Positions 25,343 through 36,751 of a stretch of DNA of 64,000 bases are shown here, in pieces. The stretch is from contig JAWMAR010000446.1 of assembly GCA_036785375.1 (NCBI GenBank), positions 248,001 through 312,000 of the forward strand. The letters run 5' to 3'. The translations under genes and the position numbers were made by a program. Positions within the stretch are counted from its first letter, which is position 1; every line of letters starts with the position of its first letter. The notes beneath the pieces are model-generated. The model did no database searches and was not told the DNA's origin. It saw only the letters and a list, made by a program, of their open reading frames with translations. This DNA comes from Leucoraja ocellata (Eukaryota).

Positions 25343-25741
25343 TGTATTCACTGGAGTTTAGAAGGATGAGAGGATATCTTATAGAAACATATACAATTAT
25401 AAAAGGACTGGACAAGCTAGATGCAGGAAAAATGTTCCCAATGTTGGGCGAGTCCAGAACCAGGGGCCACAGTCTTAGAATAAAGGGGAGGCCATTTAAG
25501 ACTGAGGTGAGAAAAAATGTTTTCACCCAGAGAGTTGTGAATTTGTGGAATTCCCTGCCACAGAGGGCAGTGGAGGCCAAATCACTGGATGGATTTAAGG
25601 GAGAGCTAGATAGCGCTCTAGGGGCTAGTGGAATCAAGGGATATGGGGAGAAGGCGGGCACTGGTTATTGATTGGGGACGATCACCCTCGAAGGGCCGAA
25701 TGGCCTCCTCCTGCACCTATTTTCTATGTTTCTATGTTTCT
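25343..25741 (+). mobile_element. CR1 LINE 3' fragment inserted into an older CR1/HER1 copy (host continues to ~26140)
   Basis: YSLEFRRMRGYLIETY...TRGH...LWNSLP and tttctatg tail. AAGCT repeated at 25338-25342 and 25742-25746. Confidence 0.9.
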
Positions 25742-26378
25742 AAGCTAGGATTTTATTCCTTGAAGTGCAGGAGGCTGAAGGGTGATCTTATAGAGGTATA
25801 TAAGATCATGGAATGGATAGAGTGAAGATACATGGAGCCTTTTATCCACAGTAGGGGAATCAAAAAACTGAGGACATAGGTTTAAAGTGAATGGGGGAAA
25901 GTTTTAACAGGAACCTGAGGGGCAAGGTTTTTTACACAAATGGTGGTAGGTATATGGAACGAGCTGCTAGAGTAGGTATTTGAGACAGGTACTATTGCAA
26001 CGTTCAAAAAAGCATTTTGATAAGTATCTGGAGAGGATAGGTTTAGAGGGTATGGGTCATTCAGGTAGGACTAGTGTAGTTGGGGCATCTTGGTCAGCAT
26101 GAGCAAGTTGAGCTGAAGGGCCCTTTTCCATATTGTATGACAATCACTTGATGAGGTCTGATCCAACACAGGGAAGACAGGTTTGGTAATGATTGAGGGG
26201 TGGGCTGCAGAGATATCAGGCAGACTCATCAATAACATACATTTTCCTGGGATAAGATTAGCTGCCTGTTGCTTTTCTCAGCTCTGACTTGTATGGATTA
26301 GAATTGGATTTCAACATTTTAATTATTTAAAAAAAAATGCCTCTAATCTGACTCCCAACTCACCTGCCTTCAGTAGCA

Positions 26379-27230
26379 ATGTTACAACATTTTGAGATTT
26401 AAAAAATCAAGTCTGCAATTTATCCCATCAGATAAAGCATAACAATAAGTTTAATTTGACACCAAATTCACTTTCATATCTCAAGTATTAAAAAAGTTAT
26501 GGCCATTTTCATACTCGGAAATTAGCATCTTGTTCCCTATTGATTTTCAATGGACATTACAAAAAAGCTGTGATCTTGGATAGTCAAAAGCCCATTTCTT
26601 AAGGAAAGATTAACATTTTTAAATAGCCTAAGTGTCCAAAGATTATTCACAAATAATTCACAATATAACATGATTTTTATATCTAATTTACATTAATTTA
26701 TAGGCCAAATGGAAGGAATTTAGTGTTCAATTGCTGTAAATAAATGCCCATTTAAATCGGCTTTCTAGTGGGTTCATGTGAACGCGCTGGTTTAGAACGT
26801 TCATATCGCGCTGGATTAGTGCCCTCAAATGCCGAGAAAAATACTGCGGGATATAAAAAGCCCAAAATGAACTACTCGCTATAAATAACTTGATATATAG
26901 CGTTATATATATGCCCCATTTAATGTAAAAATAAGGTACATACCTTTAATTGTTTGCTTTATAAAACCCTGGGGCTGCGAGAGGTTGCGGAATGAGAGAG
27001 TAATTTTAAAACTATTATAACTATGTTATCGAGGCCTATAAAACTAATAATACCTTTTGCGACCGGGTCTTGCAGCGATTTTTCGTTAATGATTTACTAG
27101 GCTGAACATCTGCGATTAGAACAGCCTAGTAAAAATCGCGTTTTAAACCCGCCCCCTCCCAACAGCGCCAAAATTGCGGACATGGCTTTGGGCAGATTCC
27201 CAATGACGATTCAGGTAGGTTTTGTAACAT
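26379..27230. mobile_element. Unclassified element with short terminal inverted repeats
   Basis: Starts ATGTTACAA and ends TTGTAACAT. CpG-rich right half contrasts with the flanks. Only an imperfect flanking duplication (cttcagtagc / cttcaggtgc). Confidence 0.5.
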
Positions 27231-28469
27231 CTTCAGGTGCTAAAATTCAGCCCACATTGTAGGTGTAGCTGGCACTTCCTATTCATTGTGTAGGAAGGAG
27301 TTTGAAGATGCTGGTTTACACTGAAGATCGATGCAAAATGCTGGAGTAACTCAGCGTGTCTGGCAGTGTCTCTGGAGAAAAAGAATAGGTGATATTTCGA
27401 GTCGGAACACATCTTCAGGCTCTTTTTCATTGTTCTGCAACTGAAGGAATTGGGAACACAGAATTAATCTGTTCTTTGCATATAATGTTATAGTAATATT
27501 AACCAGTAGTAATCATAAATGTTGAAGGAAGCCAAAAAGGTAGGATAGTAACTGTCCTCAACTGGGTCAATGCAGCAAAGACTAATACAAAATCCTGATA
27601 CCAAAGCACCAACACTAACAACCTGAGCAGCTATCAGCACCTTGACAATGGTGGCAATTGAGAAGACAATCTGCTGCAAATCTGTCTAGTTATCCACCCA
27701 GATACCCTCCCACAAATGTGGCATTTATACATAGACCATAGAAAAGTATAGCACAGCAACAAGACTTTTGGCCCACAATGTCAGTGCCAAACATGATGCC
27801 AAGATAAACTGTGGACACAAGGAATTGCAGATGCTGGTTTATAATAAAATAAGTAACTCAGCAGGCCAGGCAGCATCTCTGGAGAACAAGGATGTGCAGT
27901 TTGAAGAAGGGTAAGATCTAAAATGTCACCATCCTTTTTCTCCAGAGATGTTACCAGACCCGCTGAGTTACTCCAGCACTTTGTGTCTATCTACAATAGA
28001 TACCAGCATCTGCAGTTCCTGTCTACACATGGATTGGCTATGTTTCAAGTCGGGAGTCTGCTTTCCTCTGTGCCTGCATCTGATCCATATCCCTCCATTC
28101 CCGGCATATCCATGTGCCTATCTAAATGCTTCTTAAACACCACTGTCATATCAGCCTCCACCACCACCCCTGGCAGCACATCCCAGGCACTCACCACCCT
28201 CTGGGTAAAAAAACTTGCTCCGCACATCTCCCTTAAACTTTGCCCCTTTTACCTTAAAGCTGTGCCCTCTAGTCTTTGACATTTCCACCCTGGGGAAAAA
28301 CGTTCTGACTGTCTACCCTGTCTATGCCTCTCATAATTGTATATACTTCTATCAGGTCTCACGTCAGCCTCCAACATCCCAGAGTAAACGATCCAGGTTA
28401 AAAAGAAGAAAATGACAATCATGAGAAAACATTGCATTTCTTTCAGTCCAGTTCTTTGTGATATCAGTC

Positions 28470-28594
28470 AGCTTCTGTCAATACTGAAGATGGATGCAAA
28501 ATGCTGAAGTAACTCAGCGGGTCAGGTAGCTTCTCTGGAGAAAAGGAATAGGTGACCTTTCGGGTCGAGACCCTTCATCTAGCTTCTGTCAATA
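28470..28594 (-). mobile_element. Short Penelope-type insertion with 14-bp TSD
   Basis: AGCTTCTGTCAATA at 28470-28483 and 28581-28594. The insert is truncated within the hammerhead core. Confidence 0.8.
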
Positions 28595-28610
28595 GATGCT
28601 AGATGATTCA

Positions 28611-29111
28611 CCAGAGAAGGTTCACCAGACTAATTCCTGGGATGTCAGGACTTTCATATGAAGAAAGACTGGATAGACTTGGCTTGTACTCGCTAGAATT
28701 TAGAAGATTGAGGGGGGATCTTATAGAAACGTACAAAATTCTTAAGGGGTTGGACAGGCTAGATGCAGGAAGATTGTTCCCGATGTTGGGGAAGTCCAGA
28801 ACAAAGGGTCACAGTTTAAGGATAAGGGGGAAATCTTTTAGGACCGAGATGAGAAAAACATTTTTCACACAGAGAGTGGTGAATCTCTGGAATTCACTGC
28901 CACAGAAGGTAGTTGAGGCCAGTTCATTGGCTATGTTTAAGAGGGAGTTAGATGTGGCCCTTGTGGCTAAAGGGATCAGGGGGTATGGAGAGAAGGCAGG
29001 TACGGGATACTGAGTTGGAGGATCAGCCATGATCATATTGAATGGCGGTGCAGGCTGAAGGGCCGAATGGCCTACTCCTGCACCTATTTTCTATGTTTCT
29101 ATGTTTCTATG
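28611..29111 (+). mobile_element. CR1 LINE 3' fragment
   Basis: Near-identical to 264-764 (QRRFTRLIPGMSGLSYEERL...GEKAGTGY*), with (TTTCTATG)n tail. Confidence 0.95.
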
Positions 29112-30337
29112 CGTTTAGGATATTCTTGAAATCTGGAGTGAGATCTTCTTGAGTGGAATTTAATTTAGTTGAAACAATTTGGTCCACACTCCCCACATGT
29201 GTGTTCTTCACCAGGGCTGTCATTCCTACCTCGATTCTTTGCTCTTTGACTCAGAATCTGTCACCTGTCCCACCTTCCTGAAATATCCAAATAGAAAATT
29301 AACCACTTTTGATCCATCTTCTCTGCTGCCCAACTCAACAATCGTGTCAATAAAATTCATGGTTCAATGGTATGTTATTGTCACGTACCTTGCTACAGTG
29401 CAATTCATTTTTTTGCATATAGTTCAGTAGAAATCTTATTAATTATACATGGACACAATCATTCTTAAGTGTAAGACAATGGATTACACTGAGGCAGTAG
29501 ACAGGAGTCGCCACATTTCCGCCTCCACCTTGTACCCTTCAAGTTCAGAGTTGGTAGAAATGTTAGCATCTTAACTGGGCCAGAAAGGCCTGTGTTCCTA
29601 GTGGCGGCACTGGGTTGCAGGGGTCGGGATGGCCAGGCGATCTCGATTTTGCTAAATTATTTGCAGAATTATCTTTGCGAAAAAACTAATTAAGTTCTCC
29701 AGGGATTACCAACTGCAGCAGATTTTTATAAAGGATGTGTATAACGCCTTTTCAATATCCTTTAGTGCACATTCACAGAAACCTGTTTGCAAAATTCCTC
29801 ATTCAATATTTTTATTATCAGAAACGCCGATGATTTTGCATTAAAAATTTGAATAGCATGGCATTTATATTTTGAACTCCAGTCTTCCGACATTTTTGAT
29901 AACATGAGATAAAGTAATGTGAGTCTGCATTTATGAGACCAGAAGGCAGGAAGATAAATAGGTGCGATGGAGTCAAATGGCCGAGATGAAGTTTGATCTG
30001 AGAACGATGGGTTGGCATAAGCTTTGCTTTCATTAAAAACGACAGTGTTGTTAGCTGAGACCTATAACTGCATTGAAGAACGAGGACTGCTCTTGTTTTA
30101 TTCAAGTTCACAGAAAACATCAAGGGGAAAGATCTGTTGTAATTTAAAAATTCAAATCCCTTTAACCTAATAAATGCTTTGGTCGTGACTTTGTTCAACA
30201 TTTTTTTTTAATCAGTGATGTTCTCTCGCCTTGCAGGGAAAAATAGAAATGTCTGTGTTAACAAATCCTTGTATATAAATAGCTTTTATTTGAATGTAAA
30301 TTAGGAGAATTAATATGATTGTTTGCTGCCCTGTACA

Positions 30338-30505
30338 NNNNNNNNNNNNNNNNNNNNNNNNNNNNNNNNNNNNNNNNNNNNNNNNNNNNNNNNNNNNNNN
30401 NNNNNNNNNNNNNNNNNNNNNNNNNNNNNNNNNNNNNNNNNNNNNNNNNNNNNNNNNNNNNNNNNNNNNNNNNNNNNNNNNNNNNNNNNNNNNNNNNNNN
30501 NNNNN
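30338..30505. other. Assembly gap
   Basis: Run of N. Confidence 1.
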
Positions 30506-31314
30506 GTGTGCGCAGTTTGCTACACTGCTGGGTTCAATAAACTTTAGTGAGTTCATGGACTTAATGGTCAAATTATATTGTAATAGGATTGTATATTACT
30601 GTTATTTACATATTCTCGGCTCATCATCCAAGTGTTCAGACATTAACCTTTTGAGGTGGAAGATGCCACTGTAATACGCCTGTTGCATGATTATCACAGA
30701 CCCATGCAAAATATATTCATGAAAACAAAGAAGAATGGAAAAATCTTTCAGTAATAGAATCTCGGATGCAAATTCTCACCTTGTCCACCTCAGCATATTT
30801 AGTGGTACAATCCTAAATTACTACTTTAAAGCTAGATGGGTTAAAGGTGATTTATCTTTTATGAACAATACCAGAATTAAAGGGATAATGTATACATGTC
30901 GCTGTACAATCCCACATGTGAACCAAGGATTAATCATCTCTGACATTGTGTTCTGATTACAGATCCCCATCAAAAGAGCTTAATATTCATTTCGTAAAGC
31001 TTCCGTGCCGAACAGAAAAGGCCAAATTGTACAATTGTTATTCTGAAGGATCAAGAAGCTATGATATTGTTGCAAAATCAACTCATGTATATTGTTGCAC
31101 ATTAATTTAGATTGGGGTGGCACAGTAGCGTAGCATAGAGATACTGCCTTACTGCAGCAGAGACCTGGGTTTGATCCTGACTACCGGTGCTATCTTTCCG
31201 AGTTTCTACGCTCTCCTTATGATTGCCTGGGTTTTCTCCAGATGCTCTGGTTTCCTTCCACACTCTAAAGATATAAAGGTTTGCAGGTTAATTTGCTTCA
31301 GTAATAATTTACAA

Positions 31315-31740
31315 ACAAGGACCTGCAGATGCTGGTTTACACAAAAGGACACAAAATGCTGGAGTAACTCAGTGGGTCAGACAGCATCTCCAGGGAACAT
31401 GGATAGGTGAAGTTTCGGGTCGGGATCCTTCTTCAGACATATTATAGGGAAGGGGGAAGAAAGCTGGAAGAGAGGAGAGGCAGGACAAGTGAGGTGAGGG
31501 GGGCTTTTTACAGGCAGTTGATTGGAACAAAGGCCAGAGATAAAAGCAAAAGTTGTGAGAGATGGATTGAAGAGGTGCAAATAGTGAAGCCAGAGGAAGG
31601 AATGCAAGAGGAGGAGAGGGAGGGGGAAAGAGAGAAATATGTGTAAGTCCAGGTAGGGCACAGGGGAGGGGGGAGAGGGGGGGGGGGGGGGGGGGGGTTG
31701 TTAGAGGTTGCCTAAACTTGGAGAATTCAATCTTCATTCC
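31315..31740 (-). mobile_element. Penelope-like element 3' end (ORF end, 3'UTR, hammerhead, terminal repeat)
   Basis: Minus strand: GMKIEFSKF, pyrimidine-rich UTR, ctgaagaaggatcccgacccgaaacttc, then terminal repeat. Confidence 0.75.
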
Positions 31741-32929
31741 TTTCAGAAAATATATTATTCCTAGCTGCTCTCTCAGAAGGATGTAAAATATCCCATGATC
31801 TATTTGAAAATGAGCAAACCAGATAATGATGTCGTATTCTAATATACATCATACATGCCAACAGTTTTGCAAGATTTGGATATCTAATTGAGATATCAGA
31901 GACTTTCTGCAGAAAGATTTTCAGGATACCTCCAGAACCTGTCTTTCTAGTTATCTCATTGTCCTGATCAATAATTATATCTCAGCCCATAGAGGTAAGG
32001 CAGTTTATGTTGTATAAAGGAACTGCAGATGCTGATTTATACCAAAGATAGGCACAAAGTGCTGGAGTAACTCAGCAGGTCAGGCACCATCTCTGGAGAA
32101 AAAGGATGTGTGATATTTCGGTTCGAGACCCTTCTTCAGACTGCGATCACATAATTGGTGATGTATCTGTCTGATGATATATGCACGACTTGGGTACAAA
32201 TGATTCTTGCACCAGTAATTAGTTACACACTATCTTGCGGTCATGAAAGATGCTGTGCTTATGCAACTTCTTTTTTCACATGATATTATTTCTTATTGCT
32301 AACTTTCCTTCAGAATTAAAGTTTCAACTTGACGGACAAGGGACCTGTCAGCTGAAAGGGATTTTAATAAATAATTTTTAGTGTAGGGATTGGTCTGCCT
32401 GCTTTGACTTGTTTTGACCAACCAATTTTGCAGAACAGGTACTTTTCTGTAAAGAAACTCGGCCTCTTATCTTAAATTGTTATTCAGCCCAACACATGCC
32501 TTGTTAGTTGTGATTTGTAATTTGCATGAAGGAGCAAATTAGCTGCAATTGGGAACAAAACTTTCCAAGTCTAATGCTGAAATTTAACTAGCAAAGTTGT
32601 ACTGTAGGAGGATCTTAATATATCCCAGTTGATCCCTTTTAGAACATTCCAAGTGGAACAGGTAATGGTGTTTCATTGTGATATACATTTAATTTGCCAG
32701 CTGTTTCACAAGATTTAGATATCTAAAAAACTGAAATATCAGAGATTTTTGCAGTGAGTGTTTCAAGGTACCTGTATTTTATATCCAGCCTTTTTCGTAT
32801 GCCAGACTTTTGGAACATACTCTTGTGTTTTGCAATTCCTTTGTTAACAGCTTCTTGCTTGTAGCCTTGGTACCTACGTCATTTTTCATGTGCAATGATC
32901 CTGTCTTAGCAACTATATAGAGGGTCCCC

Positions 32930-33395
32930 ACCCACCCTGTCATTGTGGAGAAGCGTCCGTGTGCCTGAGACCCTCAGCTAACCCATGATGAGCTGCGCCC
33001 CTGGCAGGGTCACCCATGGCGGGCAGAGTGGGAAGTTCGTGATGAAGCACGGCCAAAGAAGACGACCTCGACAATGGAACAGGCGGAGGATGGTGTCTGG
33101 CCGACAGGTGGAGACTACAGCGGCTGAGAAGGTGGGGAGAGAGGAGAGACCCCCCACCCAGTCCATGGTGCAGTCCATGCCGTTGGAGCCGGTTCTGTCT
33201 CTGTCATGGACCAGGCGGTGGCTGTCCAATGGGAATCCACACGGGAAAGGATATAACACATGGCCGCACCCTGGAGGGACGTAAACTCTGTGGTTCCAGG
33301 ATCAGCCTCTTCAGCCGTCCCTGGACCCACAGAAAGGACCCACCAGGAGGGCAATCGCACTACATTTCAAGCGATCCCCAATGGTAATGATGATT
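32930..33395 (+). mobile_element. Bipartite (internally deleted) RTE-clade element
   Basis: RTE/Expander-like 5'UTR motif gcccctggcagggtcacccatggc, joined to an RTE-like ORF end (LCGSRISLFSRPWTH, compare CGSRIGLxSHxRTH) and an atgatgat tail. Family assignment is from recalled motifs. Confidence 0.55.
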
Positions 33396-34346
33396 TAACA
33401 CGTAAGAAATGTGAACCAAACACAGGAATTTGATACTCAAGCTGACATCAAAGCCATATTTGGTACAACGCCAGAGAACACAAAATGCTAGAGTAGGCAA
33501 CATCTCTGGTGGACGTGGATCGGGACAGACCCGGCTCCTGACGGTTTGGGTCAGGACACTTCTTCCAACATCGGTGATCTCCAGTGTATTGATCAACAGA
33601 TACACAGCTTAGGAACAGAGGATTGTATTACCCGATGCATTGCACAGTTGCTAAGCAGAACCATACCTAGGCTGCTCTGTCCCTCAGGAATGGAAATTCT
33701 AATTTCTATAAATAAACACAGCTTAAGATATCTCAGTGTTTAATTGTTCCTGAGTCAGGCCTCTTTATAAATTGTAAGTGATAGTTTTGAGTGCAGGTCA
33801 ACACACCAGGAGGCAACAAACTTCTTGTTTTGCATCATTACGCAGTTTGATGTCTGGGATGTTACAGACTTTATACTCTAGAGATACAGAGCGGCTGGAA
33901 GAGAATTTAAGGAATTCACTTAAGGGCGGCCTAGTAGTGCAGCTGGTAGAGCTGCTGCCTCAGCCTCAGTTACCCGGCTGGGGACTCCTGAATATCGCCC
34001 TGGCCTCGGCTTTGGGTGAAACTGCGCCAGATGTCCACACTAAACACAAAGTGCTAGAGGAGCTCAGTAGGTCAGGCAGCATCTGTGGAGGGAATGGACA
34101 GATGACTCTTCAGGTCAGGACACCTCCTCAAGTCTTCAAATCTGAAGGAAGATCCCAACTTGAAACAGCGTCTGGTCATTCCCCCCACAGATGCTGCCTG
34201 ACCCTCTGAGTCCCTCCAGCACCCCAATGTCTTGCTCAAGATACCATCATCTGTAGTTGCTTGTTAATTTTGTAATTCGTGTTTAATTTGTGTCAGATGT
34301 CTAGCACTTATATTAGCTCACCTTTGCATGAATGTTCTACATAAAA

Positions 34347-34690
34347 ATCTATGTTCATTTTTCCTAAACAAGGCAAGAGATCATGCTGTTGATTTGAGAA
34401 CAGTTGGCATCGATGGGGATCCATGAAAAGTTATTGCAGAGCGGATGTGAGAAGAAAAAATCCAGTCCCTAAAACACAACCATATTTCTGTACATCTTTG
34501 CTATTTAGTGGGATGCAATCATAAACAAACATAATTCAACAAAACAGCTCAAAACCATGTGAAAAACTATCCTGGCAAAATACCAACATTTCAATAGAGC
34601 ACATAAAACTACAGATGCTGGAATCTTGAGCAAAACACAAAGTGCATGAGGAACTCAACTGGTCAGGCAGCATCTGTGGAAGGAAATGGA
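34347..34690 (+). repeat. Diverged direct duplicate, copy B (copy A at ~17495-17830)
   Basis: See copy A. Confidence 0.8.
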
Positions 34691-34897
34691 GGCCTCCAGC
34701 ACTATGTTTTTTTTCAAGATTTCACCATCTGCAGCTTCTTGGCTTCAGATGCAAATCTGATACTTGAGAGATGGATACAGGAACATCTCCCCCCCCTTGC
34801 TACACTGCTCCTCTTACTCTTACCTCATATCCTGCACAGCAAACAGGGTAACAGGTTTAGGATTTGCAGTGTCACGGAATGAGGGACTCCAAAAAGG

Positions 34898-35030
34898 TTC
34901 AATGTAAGGTCTTTGGGACCTGTCTGAAGAAGGGTCACCCAACCCAAATCGTCAAATATCCATGTTCGTCAGAGATGCTGCCTGACCCGCTGAGTTACTC
35001 CGGCACTTTGTGACCTTCAATGTAAGGTCT
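34898..35030 (+). mobile_element. Short Penelope-type insertion with 15-bp TSD
   Basis: TTCAATGTAAGGTCT at 34898-34912 and 35016-35030. The insert starts just before ctgaagaagggtc. Confidence 0.8.
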
Positions 35031-35711
35031 ATTCTGTCAAGTTCCAGCAAGCCTTCAATGGGAAATTAAACGCTAAGGGCTGGAAGATCTGTAGGCCAGG
35101 CAGCAACCATGGTAGAGAAGGTTCCTGACCCCAAATGTCTGTGCATTTCCCTCTAGAAATGCTGCCTGACCTGTTAAGTTACTCCAGCACTTTGTGTTTT
35201 GCTCAGGATTTCAGCCTTTGTTGTTCTATGTGTCTCCAATGTGAGGTGCATGTTCATGACATAGAAAATGGTGGATGTCCTCAACAAGTCAATAGGAACT
35301 GCAGGAGGACAGAGAAAGCTTTCGACAGAGAAAGGTTTTGACATTTCCACCCAGGGAAAAAAAGGTTCTGATTGTCTACACTATCTATGCCTCATAGTTT
35401 TATATACTTCTATCAGGTCTCCTCTCAACCATCTAATCCAGGCAAACCTCCGAGAAACCTCTTCTGCACCTTCTCTCAAGCCTCTACATCCTTCCTGTAA
35501 TGGGGCCAGAACTGCACGTCATGTCCATCTTTAACAATACAAACGTTCAGAGGCAAATTAGAACGGATCAATGAAACAAATTTAACACCAGTCATCTCAT
35601 GGAAAGGTTGCAAAATAAAATATAGGCAAAGTTGTGAGAATAGATTGTGGTGATCAGCCTACAAGGCAAAAATATAGTCTCCTTATATGTGTAGGGAGGA
35701 GGAAGGAATGT

Positions 35712-35739
35712 CTGAAGAAGGGTCTCGACCCGAAACGTC
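35712..35739 (+). ncRNA. Minimal type I hammerhead ribozyme core, best-preserved copy
   Basis: CTGAAGA-A-GGGT(CTCG)ACCC-GAAA-CG-TC. Upstream gaaggaatgt can pair with downstream acccattccttc as helix I with a bulge. Confidence 0.7.
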
Positions 35740-35856
35740 ACCCATTCCTTCTCTCCAGAGATGCTGCCTGTCCCGCTGAAATGTAAAGTCTAAACTCAGC
35801 GGGTCAGGCAAGGTTTCTGGAGACTAAGGAGAGGTGACCTTTTGGGTAAAGAGTAA

Positions 35857-36084
35857 AGGGCCTGTGCCACTTTCACGACCTAATTCACGACCTTTTTTTA
35901 CTCGTGGACATTTTTCATCATGCTAGAAAAACGCCCCGATCTACTTGATGCCACGAGTACCTGCGACTAGCATCACGGCCTACTACGACCTACCTACAAC
36001 CTCGTGACGACCATGCTGCGAGTATCAGTCAAGGGCAACCTCGGCAGAGGTCGTGAATTAGGTCGTGAAAGTGGGACAGGCCCT
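35857..36084. mobile_element. PIF/Harbinger-type MITE, complete
   Basis: ~37-bp TIR agggcctgtgccactttcacgacctaattcacgacct / aggtcgtgaattaggtcgtgaaagtgggacaggccct. TSD TAA at 35854-35856 and 36085-36087. Confidence 0.9.
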
Positions 36085-36269
36085 TAAGTAAAGGATGCCG
36101 ACCCGAAACTTACTTACTTACTTGAGGGCACAGATTTAAGGTGAGAGGGGAAATGTTCAAAAGGGACCTTTTCGGATATAATGGTGTACATGGAACAAGC
36201 TACTAGAGGAAGTGGTACAGACAGGTACAGTTATGACATTTAAAAGCTACTAAGCTGGGTACATGGATA

Positions 36270-36490
36270 CGTGGGACGACAGATGGCACAATGGGCTAAG
36301 TGTTCGGCTGGCGACCGGAAGGTAGCCGGTTCGAATCCCGCTTGAAGTGCATACTGTCGTTGTGTCCTTGGGGCAAGACACTTCACCCACCTTTGCCTGT
36401 GTGTAATGTAATGTAATTATGTGAAGCACTTTGGGGTCAATGCAAGTTGACTGAAAATGTGCTATATAAATAATTAATAATTTTAAAAAA
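36270..36490 (+). mobile_element. tRNA-derived CORE/AFC-like SINE with L2-type tail
   Basis: A box tggcacaatgg, B box ggttcgaatcc, CORE-like gtgtccttggggcaagacacttcaccc, L2-like tgtgaagcactttgggg...aaatgtgctatataaat. Possible TSD ATGGATA at 36263-36269 and 36491-36497, inside a CR1 remnant. Confidence 0.75.
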
Positions 36491-36618
36491 ATGGATAGGA
36501 ATGGTTTGGAGGAATATGGACCAGGCAGGTGGGACTAGCTCAGTTAAGAAACTTAGTTGCAGAGTGAGGCCATATGCAAATTGCAGGAACAGCACCTCGT
36601 ATTTTGTTTGGGCAACTT

Positions 36619-36751
36619 CTTCTTGCGTATCGTGTGCACAGACTAAAGTTGCAAGACAACTTGCTCTGTTTGATCTTCTGTTTGTGCACGCCAGGTTGAT
36701 TGCATTCGTTAAAACAGGGTGGGCCACGTGAAGGTTGCGATCTCACACCCC
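36619..36751 (-). mobile_element. ~133-bp ribozyme-headed short retroposon, copy 1
   Basis: TSD TTGGGCAACTT at 36608-36618 and 36753-36763 (36752 probably a 12th, mutated TSD base). (AAG)n tail. Colinear with 54709-54843. Confidence 0.9.
36698..36751 (-). ncRNA. HDV/CPEB3-like self-cleaving ribozyme fold (3 mismatches to consensus)
   Basis: P1 GGGGTGT/CCACCCT, J1/2 GA, P2 GATCGCA/TGCAATC, P3 ACC/GGC, L3 TTCACGT, P1.1 G, short TTTTAA in place of P4, J4/2 CGAA. Confidence 0.8.

Noticed and set aside
30212-30674. ORFs spanning N runs (also 47101-47529)
   Set aside because: Artefacts of assembly gaps.
32915-32990. Possible HDV-like ribozyme at the 5' end of the RTE-like element
   Set aside because: GAGGGTC/GACCCTC can pair, but P3, P2 and J4/2 could not be placed in the required order.
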